A DNA stretch of 32,000 nucleotides, taken from Telmatocola sphagniphila (GTDB lineage Bacteria > Planctomycetota > Planctomycetia > Gemmatales > Gemmataceae). How positions within the stretch are numbered: position 1 is the stretch's first letter; the number at the start of each line of letters is the position of its first letter. Shown piece after piece: positions 7,705 to 16,006 of the stretch. The stretch is from NCBI RefSeq assembly GCF_018398935.1, contig NZ_CP074694.1, forward strand, positions 2,550,001 to 2,582,000, given 5' to 3'. The notes beneath the pieces were generated by a model. It was given only the letters and a program-made list of their open reading frames with translations. It was not told where the DNA came from and did no database searches. The position numbers and the translations under genes were made by a program.

Positions 7705-9390
7705 TTACTTCCTCCGAAATCGCTTCTCTGCAGTCTCAGCTTCTTCCAGGGAAATTAGTCCGTCCCCATCGAGATCCAGTCGATCGAACTCGGCCTTACT
7801 TCCGGGAAATTCCTTCAAAGAAATGTCGCCATCGGCATTGCGATCCAGACGCTGAAACCAGATCGGCCCCTGCCCACTCCCCGCCAACGATACCTGGTAC
7901 GGGTTCGCGTTAACAAAGCGAACCACGTCGTTTTCCCTCGTCAAATAGATCTTAGCCTGCGGTTTGGAAATATTCGAAGTGATGTAATCTTCCCCGGAGG
8001 GCTCCAATGGGTGAAGTTGCTTCCAGGCTTGTCTCAATTCACGCAAACTCAATCGCCCATCCTGATTCTGATCCAATATCCGAAAGATGCTCGGCATATC
8101 CACGTTGAAGGCCAGTTGTACGGGACATTCCTTGAACGATACAAACAATTTCACCAACGCTTCAATCTCTTCCCGCGTCACTTTGTTATCGCCATTACGA
8201 TCGGCCATATCGAATAAGATTCGCAAGTGCTGGTATTCGGGGTTGATTAAATCCTTATCCACTACGAAATCGCGACCGTTCGCTGCCTTATTGAATGCAC
8301 TCAACAGATTGTTGGTATCTTCCACTTTCGGCGCGGATATCGTTGGCTGCGGCGTAAACAGATAACCGAAGTCGATCGATTGGTTCCCGATTTTGACCAG
8401 CAGATTTCCTGTGGACAAGATCTGCACATTTTTTGCCAGGGGGTAATCGCGGCCATCGGGACGTTTTAGCACGCGGACGCTCGATTCTCTAGGGTTGGCC
8501 CCGAGGCTCATCTCGATTTCGAGATCGGGAGGCAGATTGCGCCACTCCATCAATTCGAACATCGAGAGCATGCCGTCGCCATTCTTGTCCAGCTTTTTGA
8601 AAGTCTCCGCATCGAAAGCGATTTCATTCGGCTTCAGTCGCAAATTGCGATTGGCGTCGTAGCGGAGCATCAGATTTTCAATGGCCGTTTCGCTGAACTC
8701 TCCCACAGGATGCACTCGCACAGCCCCGAATGCGGACTTCTCATTCTTACTCGCCAGATTTCTCGTGAAAATATCGGGGATAATTTCCGTGACGCTCAGG
8801 CAATCGTCCTCATCGCGATCCATCAAGGGAATCCAGGAGGGGAGCACCGCCAACTCTTCGCGGCTTAATCGACCATCTTTCTTGCTGTTGAGCCGGTTAA
8901 AAAACTCTTTCGTCACCTCTTCGGCATAGGCATCACCCAGATTTAAATTTCGGGAAGTGATCAGGTACTGCCCGGAAGGCTCATAGTAACGGATAAATTC
9001 TTCCAGGCTGATTTTGCCATCTTTATTCTTGTCGAATTTATCGAAGGTCCGCGAGGGATCATTCGGCGAGGCATAAGCGTATCCATTGGAGATCAGGCTT
9101 TGGATGGCAGTATTCGAAAAGACGAATTCGGCCTCGGACGGGCTAAGAAAACCATCGCCATCCCGATCCAGGAATTTGAAGAACTCTTTGAGTTTCGACT
9201 CGAAAGTTTTATCGAGCGATCCGGTTTTGGCATTGATGTGCACGAACACCCGAATCGGCTTGGTTTCGGTATAGAAAATGACTTCCTGAATATTCGGCAC
9301 AATACTTTTGGGAGTACTAATAGCCGGATTTTCCGCCAGCAGCAGCGGCAGCCCCAGTAGGGGCACAATCAGTGGGAGTAGTCGTCGCAT
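7705..9390 (-). CDS. Secreted multi-EF-hand calcium-binding protein (about 10 EF-hand loops)
   Basis: 561 aa with signal peptide MRRLLPLIVPLLGLPLLLAE. Repeated 12-residue DxDxDG loops can be read directly: DRDGDGFLSPSE, DKNKDGKISLEE, DKNGDGMLSMFE, DRNGDNKVTREE, DQNQDGRLSLRE, DRNADGDISLKE, DLDGDGLISLEE, plus 3 more degenerate ones. GAGG lies 8 nt upstream of the ATG. The gene starts 25 nt after the DUF1501 stop. Confidence 0.85.
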   Translation of the reverse strand: MRRLLPLIVPLLGLPLLLAENPAISTPKSIVPNIQEVIFYTETKPIRVFVHINAKTGSLDKTFESKLKEFFKFLDRDGDGFLSPSEAEFVFSNTAIQSLISNGYAYASPNDPSRTFDKFDKNKDGKISLEEFIRYYEPSGQYLITSRNLNLGDAYAEEVTKEFFNRLNSKKDGRLSREELAVLPSWIPLMDRDEDDCLSVTEIIPDIFTRNLASKNEKSAFGAVRVHPVGEFSETAIENLMLRYDANRNLRLKPNEIAFDAETFKKLDKNGDGMLSMFELMEWRNLPPDLEIEMSLGANPRESSVRVLKRPDGRDYPLAKNVQILSTGNLLVKIGNQSIDFGYLFTPQPTISAPKVEDTNNLLSAFNKAANGRDFVVDKDLINPEYQHLRILFDMADRNGDNKVTREEIEALVKLFVSFKECPVQLAFNVDMPSIFRILDQNQDGRLSLRELRQAWKQLHPLEPSGEDYITSNISKPQAKIYLTRENDVVRFVNANPYQVSLAGSGQGPIWFQRLDRNADGDISLKEFPGSKAEFDRLDLDGDGLISLEEAETAEKRFRRK

Positions 9391-9415
9391 GGGATCCGCC
9401 TCGAATATTTCGCTA

Positions 9416-10732
9416 TTATCCGATCAGGCTTTGAATCGGTTTGGCCACCTTGTCGACTACCCGAACCGGACGGCCGACGTTCGAGGCGTTGTTCTTGTTG
9501 TAATCGATGCCCAGTGCCAGGGCTAAAGTCGACAGGAGATCGGGAACATCGGTCTTCCCTTCTTCAACTGTAGTGCCATCCGCACTGGTCTTGCCGTAGG
9601 CTTGCCCGCCTTTGATGCCGCCGCCCGCCAACACGGCTGACCACGCATTCGGGAAGTGATCGCGACCACGCCCGCCGTTGATTTTCGGGGTTCGGCCGAA
9701 CTCGCCCATACAGAGAATCGTGGTGGATTCCAACAGCCCGCGTTCGCGCAAGTCGGCCATGAGACTTGCCCAACCCGAATCGAGTATCCCGGCCAGATTT
9801 TTCACTTGATCGAAATTGTTCTGGTGCGTATCCCAACCACCGAGATTGACTTCGATAAACGGGACGCCCCGCTCCACAAGTCGCCGGGCGAGCAGGCAGC
9901 CCTGCCCGAACAGATTGCGTCCGTAATCGTCGCGGGTCTTATCTTTTTCGGTTGTGAGATCGAAAGCCTTGGCCCCGACCGACTTCATGAGCTTAACCGC
10001 GCGTTGATACGCCAGGTGCTGGCTTTGAACGACCAGATTGGGTCGATCGGAGCCAAACTGATTCTGCAGATCTTTAAGCAAATCGAAGCGACCCGTTGCC
10101 TGCGATTCTTCAATATCCTTCGGACGATCGAGATCTTGAACTTTTAAGAGTTCATCGACCATGGAACCGCTGGGAGGCGGACCAAAACTTCCTTCCCCGA
10201 CGATCAGAGGAGCAAACATTGGCCCCAGATAGCCCGAGGTAAAGGCGGCGTTGTTCAACTGACGGAACGGAGAAATGCTCACAAAAGAGGGCATCTCGCT
10301 AGCCGGATCGCCGAGTTCTTTGGCGAAGAGGGAACCGAGTGTCGGGTATTGCAAGGCCCCCTGCTGCACATAACCCGTTCTGAGGTAGTATGTAGCACGC
10401 CCATGATCGCCCTCGCGAGTGGACATACCTCGAACGATAGCGAGATCTTTGCCGAACTTGGACAGTTTTTGCAGCGGTTCCCCCAACTTCAAACCGGGAA
10501 CATCGGTCGAAAGTTCCTTGAAGGGACCACCGTTCTCGTGGCCGGGCTTTAGATCCCACATATCGATGGTAGCCGGTCCTCCCGAGAGCCACAGCAAAAT
10601 GCAGGACTTTTGCCGTTTGGGATTTTTGGCGTTTTCCTGTGCGAAAGCCGTAAACCAGGGAGCCGTTGCTCCACCCAGTACGCCGGCCATGCCAAGTTTG
10701 GTAAACTCCCGTCGTGAGATTTCCGGTAACAT
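9416..10732 (-). CDS. DUF1501 domain protein (sulfatase/alkaline-phosphatase-like fold), Tat-exported
   Basis: 438 aa with a twin-arginine leader (MLPEISRREFTKLGMAGVLGG). DUF1501 hallmarks present: ILLWLSGGPATIDMWDLKP and ILCMGEFGRTPKINGGRGRDHFP...VLAGGGIKGG. Confidence 0.9.
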   Translation of the reverse strand: MLPEISRREFTKLGMAGVLGGATAPWFTAFAQENAKNPKRQKSCILLWLSGGPATIDMWDLKPGHENGGPFKELSTDVPGLKLGEPLQKLSKFGKDLAIVRGMSTREGDHGRATYYLRTGYVQQGALQYPTLGSLFAKELGDPASEMPSFVSISPFRQLNNAAFTSGYLGPMFAPLIVGEGSFGPPPSGSMVDELLKVQDLDRPKDIEESQATGRFDLLKDLQNQFGSDRPNLVVQSQHLAYQRAVKLMKSVGAKAFDLTTEKDKTRDDYGRNLFGQGCLLARRLVERGVPFIEVNLGGWDTHQNNFDQVKNLAGILDSGWASLMADLRERGLLESTTILCMGEFGRTPKINGGRGRDHFPNAWSAVLAGGGIKGGQAYGKTSADGTTVEEGKTDVPDLLSTLALALGIDYNKNNASNVGRPVRVVDKVAKPIQSLIG

Positions 10733-10774
10733 AGTATGTCTCTTTCGCGATAGGGCTTTAAGTCGGATGTTCGG

Positions 10775-12370
10775 TTAGTGATTCAACATGAACTCACTGG
10801 AATTCAGCAGAGCCCAAAAAATATCGGTGTAGTTTTTCTTTTTGGTTTCCGGATCTTTCGATTTATCCAGATAGGATTGATATTTTTGCAGTTCTTCCTT
10901 CGTTGGCATCCGGCTGAGAGTCGCCAGGAAGAGCGATTCGATTTTCCCCGTCGGACTGAGGAACGGCGCATCGACCACACCAGCCAGGAATAAAGACTTA
11001 TTCAAGTCGGTCTGGTTGTTGAGAAAATTGCCGTTCATCAGGGTCAACGCCTGAAGAATACTCGTCTGCCGTTCGATCAGGGCTTCCGGGCTGCTGAACT
11101 TGCTGACGATGGCCGCCCGCCCGGAACGCATTCCCCGAACCATTTGGGGGATTTCCTGAAATCCTTCGCGTAAGCCCGTCGCCTGCACTAGCGAATCGTA
11201 AAGTTGCTCGCCGGACATTCCGCGCACGTTCGCCCGCGCGAAATTCTTGGGATTCGACTGGCTTTGATGCGTCATCTTGCTCGATCGCTGATAGACCTTG
11301 CTGCGGGCAATGGCATTCATCATAAACTGCAAATCGAAACCGCTCTCGATAAACGCCTGGGCCAACGCTTTCTGTAACTCCGGAATCAATGGCGGATTGT
11401 CTTCAGAGGGTTCATCGATGGGATCGGTCAGCCCCAAGCCGAAGAAATGCTGCCAAATGCGATTGGTCATATTCGCAGCGAAATACGGGTTGTCTTTCGA
11501 TGTCAGCCAGTTGACGAATACTTCCCGCGGGCTTTCTTTGTCATCTTTGAATTTGGGCATTTCCCCGTTGATAAATTTCACCGTTACCGTTTTCCCGAGT
11601 TCCGGAATCACAATACTCCGACGGGCCTTGGCGTCGCCGCTCGCCGCGATCGTCGGATTGACTTCCGAAAAGAATGCGGCCAGTTCCCAGAACTGTTCCC
11701 GTTTGAAACTGTTGAAAGGATGGTTATGGCATTGAGCACACTCGAGCTTAACGCCCATAAACAAACGGCTGGCGGCCGCCGCGACACTGGCGGGATTGAA
11801 TTCATTGACGCGGTTAAAGGCTGCGGGCGGATCGTCCTTCTCCATTTGCATTCGCCCCTGCCGATCGGTAAATTGCGACGAAGCGGTCAGAATATCGCGA
11901 ACGATGACATCCAGTTTTTCTTTGTTTCGCAATTTTTCCCGTAAATACTTTTCGAAACCGACCCCCGCATCCGCGAACTGCGCATTCTCCAGTGTCTGCG
12001 GCAGCCATTGCTGTCGGAGAACGTTGGCGAAGTAGTTGTAGAACTGGGACCGATCTTCCAAGCGTGAAATGAGTTTAGCCCGCTTTTGGGGATCGCGATC
12101 CGTCAGAAACTGGCGTACTTCCTGAACGGTGGGAATCCGGCCCACGAGATCCAGCGAAATCCGGCGGAAAAATTCGGCATCATCCGCCAGGGGGGCGGGA
12201 GTGATATCGTTCTTTTTCCAGAATTTGTCGAATTCCGAATCGATGAGATCGGCGAGTTTTTGCTCGCGAATCTCCCGATCAGGGACGGACTCTTTTTTGG
12301 AAGCCTGGCCGAGGGCGGCCTGACTGCCGATTCCCAGCCCGACTAAAAGCAAAAGGTTGCGAACTAACAT
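10775..12370 (-). CDS. DUF1549 + DUF1553 (PSCyt2/PSD1-type) domain protein, secreted; short form without an N-terminal cytochrome-like domain
   Basis: 531 aa with signal peptide MLVRNLLLLVGLGIGSQAALGQ. DUF1549-like: FFRRISLDLVGRIPTVQEVRQF...CAQCHNHPF. DUF1553-like: FAANMTNRIWQHFFGLGLTDPIDEPSEDNPPLIPELQKALAQAF...IARSKVYQRSS. GGGAG lies 8 nt upstream of the ATG. Confidence 0.9.
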   Translation of the reverse strand: MLVRNLLLLVGLGIGSQAALGQASKKESVPDREIREQKLADLIDSEFDKFWKKNDITPAPLADDAEFFRRISLDLVGRIPTVQEVRQFLTDRDPQKRAKLISRLEDRSQFYNYFANVLRQQWLPQTLENAQFADAGVGFEKYLREKLRNKEKLDVIVRDILTASSQFTDRQGRMQMEKDDPPAAFNRVNEFNPASVAAAASRLFMGVKLECAQCHNHPFNSFKREQFWELAAFFSEVNPTIAASGDAKARRSIVIPELGKTVTVKFINGEMPKFKDDKESPREVFVNWLTSKDNPYFAANMTNRIWQHFFGLGLTDPIDEPSEDNPPLIPELQKALAQAFIESGFDLQFMMNAIARSKVYQRSSKMTHQSQSNPKNFARANVRGMSGEQLYDSLVQATGLREGFQEIPQMVRGMRSGRAAIVSKFSSPEALIERQTSILQALTLMNGNFLNNQTDLNKSLFLAGVVDAPFLSPTGKIESLFLATLSRMPTKEELQKYQSYLDKSKDPETKKKNYTDIFWALLNSSEFMLNH

Positions 12371-12462
12371 TGGGTCGCTCCCGGGCGATTATCTTCTTCT
12401 ACATCGATAACGCCCCTGAGAGCTGCGGATTTCAAATCTTATCTAAACTCGCCGTCCACCGT

Positions 12463-15400
12463 TCAGGCTTTTTTCAACCGTATCGTCAGAGGCATTCCAT
12501 CAATTTTAACGCTCGTAGTGTCGAGGGCATTGTCCAATTGTTCTTTCCACTCGGTGGTTAAGGTCTCTTCTCCGATGGAATTGCGATGGGCCTGCAACGA
12601 TTGGCGAATCTCTTCCGCCTCCGACTCAATGGAAAGCACAATGCGATCTTCCATCTCCAAGTTGGCCTTTTTGCGAAGATCCTGCACATTGCGAATAATA
12701 TCCCGCGCCAAACCTTCCAGGCGGAGCTCCGGAGAAATCTTCGTATCAAGCAGTACCTGAGTGCCCTTCTCCACCACCCCCGCAAAGCCAGCGGGGGCCT
12801 CGTAATTGACGATGAAATCGCCCGATTCCAGGGGCACCTCGGCAATCTCAAAAGATCCCTTCTTTAACGCTTCGTAAAGCTGGCTGGCTTTCAGCGTGGC
12901 GATATAGGCGTTTACTTCCTTCAATTTTGCACCACACTTCGCCCCGGCCGTCTTCATATTCAGCTTCACCGAATCTTTCATCAGGGCTGGGGCATCGGTC
13001 GGGATAATCTTAACCTTCTTGACATTCAACTCTTCGCAAAGTTGATCGCCAAATCGTTCCGCGGCCCGGCGTTCCGCATCCTCGGCCGGTTGAACGATCA
13101 ACTCCGCCAAAGGTTGACGGGTCTTAATCTTGGCGACGTTGCGGGCCGCTCCACCGACCGAAACCAGTTTCAGGAGGGCATTGACCTCCTCGGAGAGTGT
13201 AGAATCCAGCCAATCCTCTTGAACCTTGGGATAAGCCACCAGATGAACGCTCTCGGCATCTTTTGGCGAACGCAGATTCTGCCAGAGATCCTCGGCCAGG
13301 AACGGAACGATCGGCGCAATCAACTGAGCTAGTGATTTCAAAACGACATACAGAGTCTGATAAGCACTCGATTTATCGTTGCCCTGCTCACTCTTCCAGA
13401 ACCGTCGGCGCGACCGACGCACATACCAGTTGCTCAATTTGTCATCGATGAACGATTCCACTTCCAGGCAGAATCGTTGCGTATCGAATGATTCGAACGA
13501 CTCCCGAGCCAGTTTCACCAGTCCCTGCAAATCGGAAAGGATCCAGCGATCCAGATCGGAGCGTTGCGAAAAAGGAATCGGCTCGGCGGTTCGGTCGAAG
13601 TCATCCAACCGGGCATAATTCACAAAGAAAGCGTAGGTATTCCAGAGCTTCAAAACGAACTTGGCTCGAAGCTCATTGGCCGGGACGGGACCAAAGTTCA
13701 AATTCTGAGCCGGGTTGTGCCGGCAGTAGAGCCAGCGCATCACATCCGCCCCGATGGGCGGGTAGGAAGCTCTAACTGCCCTTATGGGCTTCCCTTCTTT
13801 ATCCTTTTTTTCGACCACTTCGAAGGAAAGTGCTCCCTCCGGCAATTTCGGTTGTTCTTTTTCCTTCAAAGGATGATCGATGGTGAATCCCGACTCGGCC
13901 GCCCCTATGAACTCAATCGAATTCCCTTCGCTCTTGTGCATCGCCCGGCCGTCTTGATCGAGTACGGTCGCAAAGCCCAGGAGAGTTTTGAACGGCGGCT
14001 GGCCGTCGCTCATCATGGTGCTCATGGCCAGCAGAGCATAGAACCAGTTGCGGAACTGCCCGGGGAAACTTTCCGTGATGAATTCGGCGGGGTACCACTG
14101 CTTCCAGTATTCCCGGTCGGTATTCCATTTCATTGTGCTGAAGGCCACAATCCCCGCATCGAGCCAAGGATTCCCAACGTCCGGAACGCGACTCATCAAA
14201 TTACCGGTCTTGGGATTTCGAATCTTGATCTGGTCGACCCAGGGCCGGTGCGGTGTGTTGCCTTCGAATTCCGACCAGCCTTCCACGGCTCGCTGCTTCA
14301 ACTCTTCACGCGAGCCAATCACTTCGAAATCGCCTGTCTGAGGATCCACCCAGATCGGTAGTGCCAGGCCCCAATAGCGTTTCTTGGAGATCATCCAATC
14401 GCCCATGTTGCGAAGCCAATCCAATTCGCGAGCGCGACCGTTCACACTTTCCGGCAAGAAAGTCACCTGCTCGACCACCCGCATGATCTCATCGCGCCAA
14501 GTCATGGAGATGTACCATTCATCCACCAGCCGATAGAGCAATTCCTGCTTGCAGCGCCAGCAGTGCGGGTACTTGTGCGGATACTGTTCGACCGCGAACA
14601 GAATGCCCTTCTGCTTCAGATAATTGATGATCCAATCGACCGTTTCTGGCGGATTGGCATGCTTACCGGAAAGTTCACCGAAACCGGGCAGAAAATGGCC
14701 AGTCTCATCCAGCGGTGCAACGAAAGGAATCAGATTTTCTTTGCCCAGGTGAAAGTCTTCCGCACCGCAACCCGGGGCGATGTGAACTATCCCAGTACCT
14801 TCACTCTCGCCGACATCTTTCCAAGCGATGACGCGATGCGCCTGCTTAGCGGAATAATCCTTGGACCAGCCCTGCTTGCTGACCACTTCCGCCAATTCCG
14901 CCGGATAACCGTAAGGAGCGTTTTGAGCTTCGACCTGATCGAACGGCCCGTTGTAAGCCCAGCCGATCATCTCCTCGCCCTTGAGTTCTCCCAGGATTTC
15001 AAAGCCTTCCTTGCCCGCTTTCTCTTTGAAAATCTGCTCCAGGCTCTTGAGTTTGGGAACCCCCTCCACCCATTCCTTGGCTTTGAATTGTTCTTCGAGT
15101 CGAGCCGCTTTGAAAGCCCCCTTAGCAATATAATAAATCTCCGAACCGAGCTTGATCTTCAGATAAACCAGTTCCGGATTCACCGCGGCGGCCACATTCG
15201 AAGTTAGAGTCCAGGGAGTAGTCGTCCAGGCAATCAGGTTCTCGCCCGGCTTATCGCGAAGGGGAAATTTCACGAATATCGCCCGGTGCGCAATGATCTT
15301 ATAACCTTCGCTCTTCTCCATTTCGCTGATGCCCGTGCCGCAGCGGCCGCACCACGGCATAGCATCGAAACCACGGTACAACAACCCGCGATGGTGGCAC

Positions 15401-15957
15401 TTTTTGAGGAAGGACCAGATGGTGTAATTGTTTTCTTCACTATTGGTGAAGTAGCTTTTGCGATTATCCGGAGACTTTTTGAAATCTTCTTCGGTGTCCC
15501 AATTCATCCAGTAACCGAGCCGAATCGATTGCTTCGTCTGGATATCGGCGTACTTATCGACGCGGGCTTTGCAGAGATTAACGAACTTGGCAACGCTAGC
15601 TTCCGGATCGCCCGGCACCAGCGCTTCGATGTCCTTCTTGCTATGGAGCTTGAGTTCTTTCTCGACTTCCACTTCGACCCACAGTCCCTGGCAGTCAAAA
15701 CCTTGTTGGTAGCGGAGTGCGTGGCCGGTCATTGCGAAATAACGGCAGTAGGCATCCTTATAAGTGCGGTTCCAGGCGTGGTGCACCCCCATCGGATTAT
15801 TGGCCGTGATGGGACCATCCAGAAAGGACCACTTCGGCTTCCCGGCGTTTTGAGCCTTCAGCTTTTCGAAGATTTGTTTTTCCGCCCAGAAGTTCAATAT
15901 CGCACTTTCCCGAGCGGGAAAATCAACTCCGGATGTCGCAACTTTCTCAAAACTCAT
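12463..15957 (-). CDS. ileS: Isoleucine--tRNA ligase (long, type-2-like form)
   Basis: IleRS hallmarks present: DFPARESAILNFWAEKQIF, the editing-domain motif WTTTPWTLTSNVAAAVNPE, and zinc knuckles PWCGRCGTGIS and PHCWRCKQELLYR. The HIGH-region variant is GVHH and the KMSKS-region variant is AMHKS. The track ORF begins at 16008, but MSFEKVATSGVDFP (ATG at 15957) matches typical IleRS N-termini and avoids overlap with purN. ATG 15969 is an alternative start. Confidence 0.92.
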   Translation of the reverse strand: MSFEKVATSGVDFPARESAILNFWAEKQIFEKLKAQNAGKPKWSFLDGPITANNPMGVHHAWNRTYKDAYCRYFAMTGHALRYQQGFDCQGLWVEVEVEKELKLHSKKDIEALVPGDPEASVAKFVNLCKARVDKYADIQTKQSIRLGYWMNWDTEEDFKKSPDNRKSYFTNSEENNYTIWSFLKKCHHRGLLYRGFDAMPWCGRCGTGISEMEKSEGYKIIAHRAIFVKFPLRDKPGENLIAWTTTPWTLTSNVAAAVNPELVYLKIKLGSEIYYIAKGAFKAARLEEQFKAKEWVEGVPKLKSLEQIFKEKAGKEGFEILGELKGEEMIGWAYNGPFDQVEAQNAPYGYPAELAEVVSKQGWSKDYSAKQAHRVIAWKDVGESEGTGIVHIAPGCGAEDFHLGKENLIPFVAPLDETGHFLPGFGELSGKHANPPETVDWIINYLKQKGILFAVEQYPHKYPHCWRCKQELLYRLVDEWYISMTWRDEIMRVVEQVTFLPESVNGRARELDWLRNMGDWMISKKRYWGLALPIWVDPQTGDFEVIGSREELKQRAVEGWSEFEGNTPHRPWVDQIKIRNPKTGNLMSRVPDVGNPWLDAGIVAFSTMKWNTDREYWKQWYPAEFITESFPGQFRNWFYALLAMSTMMSDGQPPFKTLLGFATVLDQDGRAMHKSEGNSIEFIGAAESGFTIDHPLKEKEQPKLPEGALSFEVVEKKDKEGKPIRAVRASYPPIGADVMRWLYCRHNPAQNLNFGPVPANELRAKFVLKLWNTYAFFVNYARLDDFDRTAEPIPFSQRSDLDRWILSDLQGLVKLARESFESFDTQRFCLEVESFIDDKLSNWYVRRSRRRFWKSEQGNDKSSAYQTLYVVLKSLAQLIAPIVPFLAEDLWQNLRSPKDAESVHLVAYPKVQEDWLDSTLSEEVNALLKLVSVGGAARNVAKIKTRQPLAELIVQPAEDAERRAAERFGDQLCEELNVKKVKIIPTDAPALMKDSVKLNMKTAGAKCGAKLKEVNAYIATLKASQLYEALKKGSFEIAEVPLESGDFIVNYEAPAGFAGVVEKGTQVLLDTKISPELRLEGLARDIIRNVQDLRKKANLEMEDRIVLSIESEAEEIRQSLQAHRNSIGEETLTTEWKEQLDNALDTTSVKIDGMPLTIRLKKA

Positions 15958-16006
15958 ATCTAACCTCATGTACTCCAATTGACTCAGTTTATAGTTGAGA
16001 GTCCGC

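Noticed and set aside
13564-15963. Series of long ORFs antisense to ileS (13564-14361, 14563-15207, 15286-15963)
   Set aside because: These are shadow ORFs. They lie antisense to a strongly supported conserved gene, and their translations are Arg/Leu/Pro-rich with no motifs. Such frames are expected when the sense strand avoids TTA/CTA/TCA codons.
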